The notes under the pieces are model-generated. The model ran no database searches. It worked only from the letters and a program-made list of their open reading frames with translations, and was not told where the DNA came from. From Malacoraja senta (taxonomy: Eukaryota): a stretch of 64,000 bases of DNA. The stretch covers positions 9,736,001-9,800,000 of the forward strand of contig CM075992.1 of NCBI GenBank assembly GCA_038087875.1, in the 5' to 3' direction. A program made the translations under genes and the position numbers. Positions 35,817 through 48,742 of this stretch are shown here, piece by piece. Each line of letters begins with the position of its first letter. The stretch's first letter is position 1.

Positions 35817-36977
35817 ATGAATCCGAAATTCGCAGCACTCTGCAAACCAAGTAATATACAAATTACCCAACTTACTCTTTGGAGAGATCTCGGGAGACGT
35901 ATTAAAGAGTTGGAAGATGAAGCGAAAACAGGATTGATGAAGACATCAATGGTTGTGAAGTCTGTAAAGAGGAAGTATCCTTTCAGACGTCATACGGATC
36001 CTGGACCAAGTCGCTCATCAACGCAGGGACGTAGTTGGCGGCCTGCAGCGGGAGCAAGAACCAGTGGGCGTGCTTCCGGGAGAACCCAGGAATCTCACGG
36101 TACTCAAATGACTCAAGAGGTAGGTGGACCTGGTTCTCATGGGAACATACTAACTGGATTAAGTCCAAAAGTTGGAGGCAGGTTACATTTCTTCTATAAT
36201 AATTGGAAGAAAATTACTTCAGAAGTGGTAATCCTGAATAATATACAAGGATTTCGAATTGAATTCAATCCAAATTATGATTTGCCTGTTCAGCATGTTC
36301 CTAGCCGAACTCTGCACTTTGTACAAAAAGAAGTGATGGAGGTTCAGGTTGCAATTGAAACCCTATATAAAAAAGGGGTTATTGAAAAATCAGTCTACCA
36401 AAGTCACCAATTTGTGTCAAATATATTCCCTCGATCAAAAAAGGATGGAGGATGTAGGATTCTTGTAGATTTGATAAATCTGAATCCTTTTGTGCAATTT
36501 AGACATTTTAAAATGGAAACATTTGTGACTGCCAAACAGCTTATTTCAGAAGCATGTTATATGGCAACTATAGACTTGAAAGATGCATATTATTCAGTGT
36601 CTGTTCATTCAGAAGATAGGAAGTATCTTAAATTTAAATGGATGAACCAGTTGTGGCAGTTCAAAGCTCTGCCTAATGGGTTAATATCTGCACCCAGAAT
36701 ATTCACAAAATTGTTAAAACCAATTCTGGGCTTGCTGAGTAGCCAGGGGCATGTACTAATGGCATATTTGGATGATGTCTTGTTTATAGGAAAGACAAAA
36801 CAGTCAACAGAAGTATCTGTTGCAGTTGTGAAATCAACTTTTGAAAATTTTGGGTTTATAATTCATCCACAGAAATCTAGGTTAACACCATGTACCTCTA
36901 TTAATTATTTGGGGTTCACAATTGATTCAGTCCAAATGAATATTACTTTGCCCAGGGAAAAGGGTGGATTTGATTAA
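35817..36977 (+). pseudogene. DIRS gag C-terminus plus nearly intact reverse transcriptase
   Basis: 386-aa ORF: KELEDEAK...VGGRL...HFKMET...IDLKDAYYSV...LPNGLISAPRIFTK...MAYLDD...YLGF. Confidence 0.9.
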
Positions 36978-37785
36978 AGATTGCAGTAATCTCCTAAACG
37001 AGCAAAAACCTTCAATTAGACAGGTGGCTCGTGTACTGGGAAAATTAGTTGCAGCATTCCCAGCAGTCCAATTCGGACCATTACATTATCAACAGCTGCA
37101 GAGACTTAAAGAACAGGCACCGAGAATGCATGTTGGTCATTTTGATAGAACCATGCAACTAACAACAAATGCTGTTTCTGATCTGCAGTGGTGGATTCTA
37201 CATGTCTCAAGCAGTTCCAGCAAAGTGCTGATTGAACAACCTTCCATGATATTACAAACTGATGCCAGTGCACCAGGATGGGGTGCAACTGACTTAACAT
37301 CTAGCTGAGAAGGCAGATGGAATCAGGAAGAGTCATTGTTACTGCAGACATGGGGAATTAACTATTTGGAGCTTCTAGGATGTTTCTATGGGCTCCAAGC
37401 TTATTGTTCTAACACAACTAATAAGCATGTTCAAGTTCAAATTGATAACACAACAGTAGTTGTTTATATTAATGATATGGAATTAAGTCGGTGTCTTGTG
37501 ACAAAATGGTTAATCAACTTTGGGCTTGGTGTATTGAAAAGAACATTTGGATTTCAGCTATCTATCTACCAGGTAGAATGAACGATAGCAGACACCAGGT
37601 CACGAAAAGTTCCATGATAATAAAGAATGGATGTTGAATCAAGAGGTATTCAATGATATAGTCATCAGATTTGGAATGACCGACATCGACTTGAATCATC
37701 AGCTATCGAGATATGTCTCATGGAAACCAGATCCAGGAGCAGTGGCGATTGATGCTTTCTCGCTACATTGGGGTGGTATGTTTTC
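36964..37785 (+). pseudogene. DIRS RNase H and partial MTase-like domain (disrupted)
   Basis: QTDASAPGWG, INYLELL, IDNTT, WKPDPGAVAIDAFSLHW. Confidence 0.85.
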
Positions 37786-38004
37786 ATTGGGGAGGCTACA
37801 GATTTTTGACTGTAAAGAAATGTGTCCACATCTTGGTCTTAAATGTCCAGATTCCTGAGTCCTAGTTGTAGAATCTTCAACACAAGGCTTCTAACCATCA
37901 TTCTTGACTACACTGTGAGAGACTCTGCTGTCCCAATGAGGTTTGCCTCTCTTTCTTCCAAACTCATGAGTACAGACCAAACCTAACCATTCTTTAGACT
38001 TCAA

Positions 38005-38300
38005 ACTTTAGAGATACAGTGTAGAAACAGGCCTTTCAGCCCACTGAGTCTACGCCAACCTATGATCCCCGCACACTAACACTATCCTACACACACTACG
38101 GACAATTTACAATTTTCCAGAAGCCAATTAACCTACAAACCTGCACGTCTTTGGAGTGTGGGAGGAAACCGGAGCACCTGGAGGAAACCCACACGGTCAC
38201 AGGGAGAACGTACATATTCCACACATACAGAACCCGTAGTCAGGATGGAACCCGGGTCTCTGGCGCAGTGAGTCAGCAACTCTACCGCTGCGCCAGTGTC
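38005..38300 (-). mobile_element. HE1-like SINE
   Basis: Reverse-complement head, core and tail. Confidence 0.8.
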
Positions 38301-38334
38301 CCACTCCTCACATCACACCTCCTTTGTGCCCAGT

Positions 38335-39503
38335 CAAAGACAAAAACTCATATGTCAGGCTGTTATTCATCGACTACAACTCGACATTTAACACAATCAT
38401 CCCCTCCAAGCTGGTTACCAAACTCGCAGAACTGGGTCTCTGCGCATCCCTCTGCAATTGGATCCTCGACTTCCTCACTCTCAGACCACAGTCTGTTCGT
38501 ATTGGTGGAAATATGTCAGACTCGATAACAATTAGCACGGGAGCACCTCAAGGCTGCGTGCTCAGCCCCCTGCTGTACTCACTCTATACTCATGACTGCG
38601 TAGCCGGACATAGTGCGAACTCCATCATCAAGTTCGCTGACGACGCCACTGTTGTGGGACGTATCACTGATGGGGATGAGTCAGAGTATAGAAGAGAGAT
38701 CGAGCAACTGTCCATATGGTGCCAGCACAATAACCTGGCCCTCAACACCAGCAAAACCAAGGAACTGATTGTGGACTTTGGAAGGAGTAGGATGGGGACC
38801 CACAGTCCCGTTTATATCAACGGGTCGATGGTTGAAAGGGTCAAGAGCTTCAAATTCCTGGGCGTGCACATCTCTGAAGATCTTTCCTGGTCCGAGAACA
38901 CTGATGCCATTATTAAGAAAGCACATCAGCGCCTCTACTTCCTGAGAAGATTACGGAGAGTCGGTTTGTCAAGGAGGACTCTCTCTAACTTCTACAGGTG
39001 CACAGTAGAGAGCATGCTGACCGGTTGCATCGTGGCTTGGTTCGGCAACTTGAGCGCCCTGGAGAGGAAAAGACTACAAAAAGTAGTAAACACTGCCCAG
39101 TCCATCATCGGCTCTGACCTCCCTTCCATCGAGGGGATCTATCACAGTCGCTGCCTCAATAAGGCTGGCAGTATCATCAAGGACCCACACCATCCTGGCC
39201 ACACACTCATCTCCCTACTACCTTCAGGTAGAAGGTACAGGAGCCTGAAGACTGCAACAACCAGGTTCAGGAACAGCTACTTCCCCACAGCCATCAGGCT
39301 ATTAAACCTGGCTCGGACAAAACACTGAACTTTATAAGCAATTACTGTTATTTGCACGTTATCAGTATATTGATTCATGTGTGTATATATTTATAGAATG
39401 CCTTGTAGTCAATGCCTACTATGTTCTGTTGTGCTGAAGCAAAGCAAGAATTTCATTGTCCTATCAGGGACACATGACAATAAACTCTCTTGACTTGACT
39501 TGA
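38335..39503 (+). mobile_element. Rex1/Babar-clade LINE, 5'-truncated, with an uninterrupted RT ORF (38324..39328)
   Basis: [17 protein letters not shown]...[21 protein letters not shown]...KFADD...[10 protein letters not shown]; tail ATGACAATAAA plus (CTTGA)n. Confidence 0.92.
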
Positions 39504-39639
39504 ATCCATAAACCTGTGCTGATTATGTCCAAGGTAAATTCCCAAACAAATAAACCTCAGTGCATAGATTCAAGTTTCCAAAAGAGACTCTGATGGTTAT
39601 AACACTGAAATATTGACTCCTGTTTCTCTCTCTACAGAT

Positions 39640-40110
39640 GCTTAACATCGGAGCCGATCCCTTGCCTGCGGACTTTACCATCGAGAGCTCGCAGTCTCGG
39701 GAGAGGCCGAGTCAAGAAGCTCCAATGACGCAGAGGTTCGACCCGTCTCGACCCGGGTTTCGACCGTCCAGCGCGGGGGAGTTGACATCCCACCTGATGC
39801 GGGAGCTTGCTTGCCCACGATGCGGAAGGCCCAAACGCTGCCGGCTATGGAAGTCAAGATCGTCCCCGTCAACGGAAGGCTCGAGGCCCCCGACTACGGG
39901 AGAATAAAGAAGGGAAGAGATTGAACTTTTTTTCGCCTTCACAGTGACTCCTCCAGTGAGGAATGTGGAGGAGTCACTGTGGTGGATGTTTATGTTGAAA
40001 TGTGTTTTGTGTGTTCTGTTGCTTTTTATTGGTATGACTGACTCGGCAAATCAAATTGCTCCTATGTTGCAAAACATACTTGGCTAATAGAGTATTATTG
40101 TATTGTATTG
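39640..40110 (+). mobile_element. GC-rich non-autonomous retroposon, 3' part
   Basis: GAGGCCCCCGAC...GCCTTC.CACAGTG...TGTGGTGGATGTTTATG is shared with ~6930-6970 and ~51380-51480; (ATTGT)n tail. Confidence 0.55.
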
Positions 40111-40244
40111 TAACTGACCTGCTGAGTGACTCCAACATTTTCTATTTCATTCTGGAAGTAAGTTTAGCTTTTGTTTTAGTTTTAATTTCAAAATACAGCA
40201 AGGCCCACTGAGACAACGCTGACCATCGATCACCCGTTCACACG

Positions 40245-40648
40245 ATGCTTTCAAGAGAGAGCTAGATAGGGCTCTTCAAAATAGTGGAGTCAGGGGATAT
40301 GGGGAGAAGGCAGGAACGGGGTACTGATTGGGGATGATCAGCCATGATCACATTGAATGGCGGTGCTGGCTCGAAGGGCCGAATGGCCTACTCCTGCACC
40401 TATTGTCTATTGTCTATTGTCACACTAGTCCTATGCTATCCCTCTTTCTCATCCACTCGTTACACACCAGGGACAATTTACAGAGGGCCAATTCACCTGC
40501 AAACCCGCACGTCTTTGGGACGTGGGAGGAAACTGGAGCAGTCACAGCAAGAACGTGCAAACTCCATAGAGGCAGCAACTGAAGTCTGGATTGAACCCAG
40601 GTTTTGGCGCTGTGAGGCAGCAGCTCTACCGCTGCGCCACTGTGCTGC
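40245..40648. mobile_element. CR1 3' end (plus, 40245-40420) nested in a minus-strand HE1-like SINE
   Basis: CR1 3'UTR with a (CTATTGT)n tail inside SINE sequence. Confidence 0.7.
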
Positions 40649-41214
40649 TGGTTTTTAAACTTCCAATTAAGTTTGCTGAGTGATCTTTAAGGAGCAAAAG
40701 TACACATGATGAGGCTGACGGAATAATATTGGAGGACCCCAGGCTGTGGGGATTAAAGGGATTTATTTTATATTATTAGGTAAAATAAAGCATAGAAATA
40801 TCTGCACTACGATTATAACATGGAAGTTCATCAAAAGGGCTGAATAAAATTGTTCTTTCAAAAAAAATCTTTCTCAGCCCTCTGGCTCCACCTCTTCCTT
40901 TCTTCTTCCCGCCCCCCCCCCCCCCCCCAGCCCCACCCTCACATCAGTCTGAAGAAGGCTTTCGACCCGAAACTTTGCCTATTTCCTTTGCTCCATAGAT
41001 GCTGCCTCACTCGCTGAGTTTCTCCAGCATTTTTGTCTACCTTGTATTTTCCAGCATCTGCATCCTTCTTAAACATCAATAAAATTATTAGTGGTTTTGA
41101 ACAAATCTTCTGCAAATAATGGTCATACTCCACGTCCTCCAAACATTTATGCCCCAACATTCAACGGATTTTCATGGGCAAAATATAAGCAACCTGATAT
41201 TCCAATGAATAGAT

Positions 41215-41790
41215 CATGTGATAGGAGCAGAATTAGGCCATTCTACTCCACCGTTCAATCATAGCTGATCTATCTCTCCTCCTCACCCCATTCTCCTGCC
41301 TTCTCCCCATAACCCTGACACCCATACTGATCAAGAATCTATCTATCTCTGCCCTAAAAATATCCATTGACTTGGCCTCCACAGCCGCCTGTGGCAAATC
41401 ATTCTACAGATTCACCACCCTCTGACAGGAAATTCCTCATCATCGCTATCCCAAAGGAAGTCCATTAATTCTGAGGCTATGGCCTCTGGTCCTAGACTCT
41501 CCCACTAGTGGAAACATTCTCTTCACATCCACTCTATCCAGGCCTTTCACTTTCGATAAGTTTCAATGAGTTTCCCCGTCATCTTTCTAAACTCCAGCGA
41601 GTGCAGGCCCAGTGCCGTCAAACACTCATCATATGTTAACCCACTCATTCCTGGGATCATTCTTGTAAACCTCCTCTGGATCCTCTCCAACGCCAGCACA
41701 TCCTTCCTCAGATACGGGGCCCAAAATTGCTCACAATCCTCAAAATGCAGCCTGATCAAGCGTCGTATAGAGCCTCACCATTGCATCCCT
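41215..41790 (-). mobile_element. CR1 3' fragment
   Basis: QFWAPYLRKDVLALERIQRRFTRMIPG. Confidence 0.8.
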
Positions 41791-42606
41791 GAATAATAAC
41801 CTGATGAAAAATTGCAGAGAGGAATCAACCTTACAGTGTAGAATAAGGTAGATATTTAGAATAACCTACAGCACCAGAGACCCCGGTTCAAGCCTGACCT
41901 CAGCTGCTGTCTGTGTAAAATTCAGGCATACAATAAAGAACATGGAACAGTACAGCACAGGAACAGGCCCTTCGGCCCACAATGTCTGTGCCGAACATGC
42001 GGCCAAGTGCGTCTCTAATCTATTTCCTCCATTCCCTGCATATCCATGTGCCTATCCAAAATCCTCTTAAACGCCACTATCGTTTCTGCCTCCACCACCA
42101 CCCCTGGCAGCGCGTTCCTGGCACCCACCACCCTCTGTGGAAAAAGTATCCCCGCACATCTCCTTTAGACTTTGCCCCTCTCGTCTTAAAGCTATCCTTG
42201 ACTGGACTTCGCTGGCTTTACCTTGCACTAAATGTTATTTCCTTGTCATGTATCTATACACTGTAAATGAATCGATTGTAATCATGTATTGCCTTTCTGC
42301 TGACTGGTTAGCACACAACAAAAGCTTGTTACTAACTCAGTACACGTGACAATAAACTAAACTTAACTATGTCCTCCAGTATTTGATTTTTCCATCCTGG
42401 GAAAAAGTTTCTGATGTTCTACCATATGTAATGCATTCACAATTTTATATTCTTCCATCAGGTCGCACCCACCACAACTCTGTTCTAGAGAGTTCTCCCT
42501 GTGACAGCATGGGTCTTCTCCAGGTGCTCCGGTTTCCTCCCACATCTCAAAGGCGTGCGGGTTGGTACGTTAATTGGGGTCCTCTGTAAATTTCCCCTAG
42601 TGTGTA

Positions 42607-43087
42607 GAGAATAGAAATATAGAAAATAGGTGCAGGAGCAGGCCATTCGGCCCTTTGAGGCAGCGCCGCCATTCAATATGATCATGACTGATCATCCAAA
42701 ATCAGTACCCCGTTCCTGCTTTCTCCCTATATCCCTTGATTCCGTTAGCCCTAAGAACTATATCTCTCTCTTGAAAACATCCAGTGAATTGGCCTCGACT
42801 GCCTTCTGTGGCCGAGAATTCCACAGATTCAAAGCTCTCTGGGTGAAAACATTTTTCCTCATCTCAGTCTTAATTGGCTTATTCTTAAACTGTGACCCCT
42901 GGTTCTGGACTCCCCCAACACCGGGAACATTTCTCCTGCATCTAGCCTATCCAATCCCTTAAGAATTGTATATGTTTCTATAAGATCCCCTCTCATCATT
43001 CTAAATTCCAGTGAATACAAGCCCAGTCGACCCATTCTTTCATCATATGTCAGTCCCGCCATCCCGGGAATTAACCTGGTGAACCTG
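42607..43087 (-). mobile_element. CR1 3' fragment nested in a SINE
   Basis: RFTRLIPGMAGLTYDERMGRLGLYSLEFRMMRGDLIETY. Confidence 0.85.
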
Positions 43088-43294
43088 GTGAATGGATTAG
43101 ATGGTGGGATAACTAGTGTGAATGGGTGATCGATGGTTGGACTCAGTGGGCCAAAGGGCCTGTTTTGATGCTGTATCTCTAAATTAGATAACAATGCAAA
43201 TAGAACATTATTCCAAGGGCAAGAGGGAAATATTGGAACAGGCGAGAATAAGCTTGGTCAGAGAGATAGGCTTTAAAGGACATTTTGTTTTATT

Positions 43295-43600
43295 TATTTA
43301 GTTTAGTCATTCAGAGCTGAAACAGGCCCTTCAGCCCACCAAGTCCGCGCTGACCAGCGCTCCCCGTACACAAACACTATCCTACACACTAGGGTCAATT
43401 TACAATTTTATTTAACCAAAGCCAATTAACCGACGTGTACATATTAGGATTGTGGGAGGAAACCAGAGCACCGGGACAAAAGCCCATGTGATCACGGGGA
43501 GAAGGTACAAACTCCGTACAGACAGCACCTGTAGTCACGATCGAACCTGGGTCCCTGGCGCTGTGAGGCAGCAACTCTACCGCTGTGCCACCATGCTGCC
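43295..43600 (-). mobile_element. HE1-like SINE
   Basis: Full reverse-complement SINE. Confidence 0.8.
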
Positions 43601-44055
43601 CTCTTGAAGGAAGACAGGGGGAGCATGGGATGTGAATGGGCAGGGTGACTAACGATGGGAGAATGGGGATGAACAGCAGAGCTCCCTGAAGTCGAGATAG
43701 GGAATGTTTGGAATATAGGAATGGGAATTCTGAAGGTGTGGGAGTCAGAGGGCTGGAGAGTGTTTAGTTTAGTTTAGTTTAGTTTAGAGATACAGCGCGG
43801 AAACAGGCCCTTCAACCCACCGGGTCCACGCCGACCAGCGATCTGAGCATATTAACACTATTCTACACACACTAGGGACAATTTACAGTTCTACCAAGCC
43901 AATTAACCAACAAACCTGTAGGTCTTTGGAGTGTGGGAGGAAACCGAAGATCTCAGATAAAACCCACGTGGTCACGGGAAGAACGTGCAAACTCCATACC
44001 GACAGCACCTGTAGTCGGGATTCAACCTGGGTTTCTGGCGCTGCAAGTGCTGTAA

Positions 44056-45266
44056 TGCCCCTGTCCCACTTAGGCAATTTTTTAGGGAACTGCAGGCGAC
44101 TAGGCTGTCGCCACATGGTCGCCGGGGTATCGCCTGTATGGTCGTGAGTCGTCTCCTCAGTCGCCCAAAGAATTGTAGCGATTTTCTGGTCGTCGCTGGA
44201 TTTTGAAATGTTCAAAACTTTTCGGCGACAGTTGGCTAGTGGTAGGTTGTCGCCAGGATGACAAAGATTGTTGCCGGTGCTGACTTTGGTGAATTCCATT
44301 CCTATGTCGACCTACGTCGACCGGTGACAGGTACCGATGACTGAAATGTCTTACCTTGTCGTAGCTTGTCACGGGTGGACATAGGTTGTTGTAAGTGTGA
44401 TCGTACGTCGACGTTCTAATGCAGGGGTTGGCAACCTATGGCTCACGGGCCGAATGCGGCCCATACCCCAAAATCATCCAGCCCGCAGGCGTTTTTTTTT
44501 TTCCAATTAGTCGTGAGGCGACCTGGGCACTACAGCCATTTGCTGGGGAACGCAGGCGGCCTGGGACCTGCAGAAAACTAATTAAAAAACACGTGAAAAC
44601 TGATGCGAAAAACAACACCAATTGTCACACTAGTTAGTATGTATTATTACTAATATATGTATTATTAGAATGTATTGTTACTAATGTATGTATTATTAGT
44701 ATGTATTATTACTTATTACTAATTTAGTTAGTATGTATTATTATTTCCTCCATTTATTAAATATGGTGATAGATGTGGCCCGCCATCTGTTCACAGACAC
44801 GGGTCCTGGCCCCTATGCAAAACTGTGATGTTTGGTGGACTGTGTGTGGTGGGAGGACCCGTTACTTCTCCCATGCGGCAGGTGGTGCTGCACAGGACAA
44901 AGGGAGTTGTTTTGTATATAGTTTATCCTGTCTGTGTGTGTGTGTGTGTGTGTGGATACAGCCATTTATTTTAGTAGTCTTGCTGCCAGCATTGTATAAA
45001 GCATTAAAGACTTCTGTTGTAAATGAAAGACTCTCATGTTTTGTGCAGACCAAGAGCACGAACACGAAAAAAACAAGGTTGCCGACCCCTGTCCTAATGG
45101 GTCGCCGGTTGTCGGTAGCTGGACGTCGACTAGGTGGTAGGTTGTTGTGGTCATTGTTGTAGACATTGTCGTAGGGGGGTCCAGTCACCGTTTTTTCGAC
45201 GACCTGCTACGACTACGACAGTCGCCGGCAGTCGCCGAAAAAAATCGCCTAAGTGGGTCAGGCCCA
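44056..45266. mobile_element. PIF/Harbinger-type MITE (contains a hAT MITE)
   Basis: TGCCCCTGTCCCACTTAGGC / GCCTAAGTGGGTCAGGCCCA, TAA TSD, GTCGCC/GGCGAC subterminal repeats. Confidence 0.85.
44422..45091. mobile_element. hAT (Charlie-like) non-autonomous transposon
   Basis: TIR CAGGGGTTGGCAACC / GGTTGCCGACCCCTG; 8-bp TSD TTCTAATG/TCCTAATG. Confidence 0.85.
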
Positions 45267-45835
45267 TAAGGCAACAACTCTACCACTGCACCACTGTGTC
45301 ACTGTGCCACTGTGCCACCGTGCCACTGTGCCATCCAGCCTGGAGTCAGTGTAAGATCAGGGCAAGTGGGGATCCGTGGACTGATGCCCAGAGGTTGAAG
45401 GCACAGCCTGAGGATGTTCTAGGAGAATGGAGTTTGATTTGAGTGTGGTGTTGGATTTGAGTCAGGGTGCTGTGGGGTATTTGAGAGACTGAGGCTTAGG
45501 TCTCAAGACTGGAGTAGGGGGAGGGTGTTACTGGGAGGACACCAGGAGTTACCACAGTAAAAGGAGGGATTGGTGAAGGTGTCTGTGCAGTGCGGGCAAA
45601 TTAGAAAGTAAGTTCTGCTCGACACGATGGTGCAGCGGTAGAGTTGCTGCCTTACACCCATAGAGTCCCAGGTTCCATCCTGACTACGAGTGCTGTCTGT
45701 ATGTTTGCATGTTCTCCCTGTGACTGCATGGGCTTTCTTCGAGTGCTCCGGTTTCCTCCCACATCCCAAAGCATGAGAGGTTTGTAGGTTAATTGGATTT
45801 GGTAAAATTGTAAATTGTCCCAAGTGTGTATGATG

Positions 45836-46876
45836 TAGGTATGTTACAAAACTTACCTTCAGTCGCGCTGTAATTCTGCCACTGGCCGTGTGCGCTAATT
45901 TGGCGCCTTTAAGGCGGGGGCGGGGTTAAAACGCGGGTTTCTCCTCCCTTGTCCTGGTTAATATTTTGTTGGAGTACAAGCCTTGGCTGACAAATCGTTC
46001 CTACCGGTGTTTTGTGAATTTTTTATTTTTATTAAATCGTCAATGTCAGCGCTAGAGTAATTTTAAAAGCAGCTCCTGAAGCGTCAACGCCGATAACGGG
46101 GACGGATTTCACACACGGGACAGGTAAACGAAAGTGGTTTCTTTAAATGTATAAAAGTGCTTCTTAAGAAGCCTTTAATTCACATTTTTTCATGCGACAC
46201 GTGATTTTATTCCCCGAATTAACGGCAGTATTTTTCATGCCAATACGGGGTTAAATTCACCGCAAATGAATGTTCCAAAACATCGCATTCCAGAAATCCT
46301 CACTCGCAAGATGAATTAAATGCCCATTAATTTACAGGTATTAAACATTCAATTCCTTCCATTTGGCCTGCAAATTCATGAAAATTAGATTTAAAAATTA
46401 TGTTATATTGTGAATTATTGTGTGAATGTTATTTGGACACTTAGGCTATTTAAAAATGTTAATCTATTCTTAAGAAATTGATAGATGTTTAGATCTAGTA
46501 ATTGAATTTTGTAATTAGCTACAATTAGGTAACTAACTAATTATATGCTTTACTTTCATGTCTTCGAAGTAAGATTGTTTCATATTTGTTTCAGAATGCT
46601 TCAATCTATAATAACTGAAAATTTCTTTCAGTTATCATAATTTTTAAGAAAGTTATGGGCTTTTAACTGTCCTCGATCACAGCTTTTGTGTTAAGTCAAT
46701 GGAAAAGCAATAGGGAACTAGATGCTAATTTCTGAGTATGATAATGGCCATAACCTTTTTAATACTGAAGATATGAAAGTGAATTAAGTGTCAAATTAAA
46801 CTTCTTTTTATGCTTTATCTGATGGGATAAATTGCAGACTTTATTTTTTAAATCTCAAAATTTTGTAACATTGCTA
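45836..46876. mobile_element. AT-rich non-autonomous DNA transposon with 16-bp TIRs and a 7-bp TSD, inside an HE1 SINE (45622-46970)
   Basis: TAGGTATGTTACAAAA / TTTTGTAACATTGCTA; TATGATG at 45829 and 46877. Confidence 0.75.
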
Positions 46877-47070
46877 TATGATGATGTTTTGTGTACAGGG
46901 TGATTGGTGGTCAGCACGGACTCGGTGGGTCAAAGGGCCTGTTTCCATGCTGTATCTCTGCAGTTTAAAGTGAATTCAAACCCCTGGGTAGGGTTGTCAG
47001 CACTCGACTCAGACTGATACATACGTGAAAATAACCGCTGATATCTGCTCCTTGAAAATGTGATAGAACA

Positions 47071-47747
47071 GGGCAGCACGGTGACGCAGCGGGTAGAGCC
47101 GTTGCCTCATAGCGCCAGAGACCCGGGTTCAATTCTGACCTCGGGTGCTGTTGGCTTGGAGTTTACACGTCCTCCTTGTAACCGCATGAGTTTTCTTCAG
47201 GTTTCCTCCCACATCCCAAAGACGAGCAGGTTGGTAAGTTAACTGGGTTCTGTAAATTGCTCCTGATGGATGTGAAACTGTGATAACATAGAACTAGTGT
47301 GAAATGGTGATTGAGAGTGTGGACTGAGAGGGCCGCAAGACTTGTTTCCATGCTGCATCTTAGTTTCAACTTTAACAGACACAGCGTGATCTGAAGACGG
47401 GTCCCGACCTGAAACATCACTCATCCTTTTCTCCAGAGATGCTGCCTGACTTAGAATGGCACAGTGGCGCAAAGCTGATGCTGCTGCCTCACAGCGTCAG
47501 GGACCCAGGTTCGATCCTGACTACGGGTGCTGTCTGTGCGGAGTTTGTAAGCTCTCCCTGTGTCCGCATGGATTTTCTCCGGGTGCTCTGGTTTCCTCCC
47601 ACACTCCAAAGACGTACAGGTTTGGAGGTTAATTGGCTTGGTTTAATTGTAATTTGTTTCCTAGTGTGTGTAGGATCGTGGTCGACGCGGACTGGATGGG
47701 CCGACGGGCCCGTTGCCCGCTCTATCTCTAAACTAAACTAAACTAAA
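47071..47747 (+). mobile_element. Two HE1-like SINEs (47071-47360, 47457-47747) with a PLE repeat fragment between them
   Basis: SINE heads and cores; CTGAAGACGGGTCCCGACCTGAAACATC at 47391. Confidence 0.75.
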
Positions 47748-48120
47748 GATGTTGCCTGACTTGCTGAGATTCCAACATTTTGTGTCTATTTTCACTCACC
47801 TATCCATGTTTTCTGGAGATGCTGCCTGACCCATGAAGTTACTCCAGCACTTTTTTTGTAAACCAGTATCTGCAGTTTGTTGTATCTAAACAAAACTGTT
47901 TCTTGTCAAAGTTTTCATGTGACATGAAAACAAAGCTGTTTTTCAACGTTCCCTCTCATATTAGGTGGGAGTAGCGTAGCTCCTCGGACATGTTGACTGG
48001 TGTTGGCAAGTTGGGCCAAAGGGCCTGTTTCCACACTGTATCATTCTATGACTCTATGACTCTATCTGCCTACCCAGGCTGACACCCAGCCCTGCCCTTG
48101 AGGACCCTACTCAATCCTTA

Positions 48121-48346
48121 AGGGCCTGCCCCATTTGGGCATCATTTGCACGTCATTTCCGCGACCTCATTTACGCGGCACGACGCATGACACGCGCGTT
48201 GTGACATGCACGTGATGCGTGCATGGTGCGTGGTGATGTAGACAGTGACGCGCGGTCGCGTGTGGCGCCCCAGGATTTTGGGATGTACAAAATCTTCGCG
48301 CGCCATCTGCGTGACGCACAAATGACGCCTAAGCGGGACAGGCCCT
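48121..48346. mobile_element. PIF/Harbinger-type MITE (short, CpG-rich)
   Basis: AGGGCCTGCCCCATTTGGGCATCATTTG / CAAATGACGCCTAAGCGGGACAGGCCCT; TTA TSD. Confidence 0.85.
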
Positions 48347-48742
48347 TTAGACACCCCTTGATATCCTGGAACTGGTGCCTTGTACCGAGTTCAAGCCCAG
48401 GAGCAGTGCAACCACTCACTCAGCTTGTGAAGGGGTCAGCATCCCTCAGTAGCCAGAGAAAAACACTTCTGCTAGGATCATGATCTCGGAGCAGAGTTCA
48501 ATATTCATACCCTTGTTTTTCAAGCAGAGACTTTTATAAACTGGTACTTCCTTCTGTAAACGCAGTTGATAATCGTCAGTAACTCTGAAATTATTTTTTA
48601 ATTAACTAATGAACTATCCTGATTTGAGGAACCTGAGAAGCAGTTTCTGCACACAGAGGGTGGTGGGTATATGGAACGAGCTGCCAGAGAAGGTTGTTGA
48701 GGCAGGGACTATAACAACGTTTAAAAAACATTTGGACAGGTA

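Larger units (their letters stand above)
34713..37785 (+). mobile_element. DIRS-like retrotransposon copy 2, 3'-truncated (no YR, ICR or right ITR)
   Basis: Same left terminus ATTTTACTTCGGAGTCACGTGAG; gag, RT, RH and partial MT; homology stops after AFSLHWGGMF. Confidence 0.92.
34603..37902 (+). repeat. 113-bp direct repeat (34603-34715 = 37790-37902) flanking DIRS copy 2
   Basis: GGGAGGCTACAGATTTTTGACTG...CTTCTAACCATCATT is identical in both places. Confidence 0.95.
43763..45300 (-). mobile_element. HE1-like SINE interrupted by a Harbinger MITE
   Basis: ...GTGCTGTAA|GGCAACAACTCTACC rejoins across 44056-45269. Confidence 0.8.
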
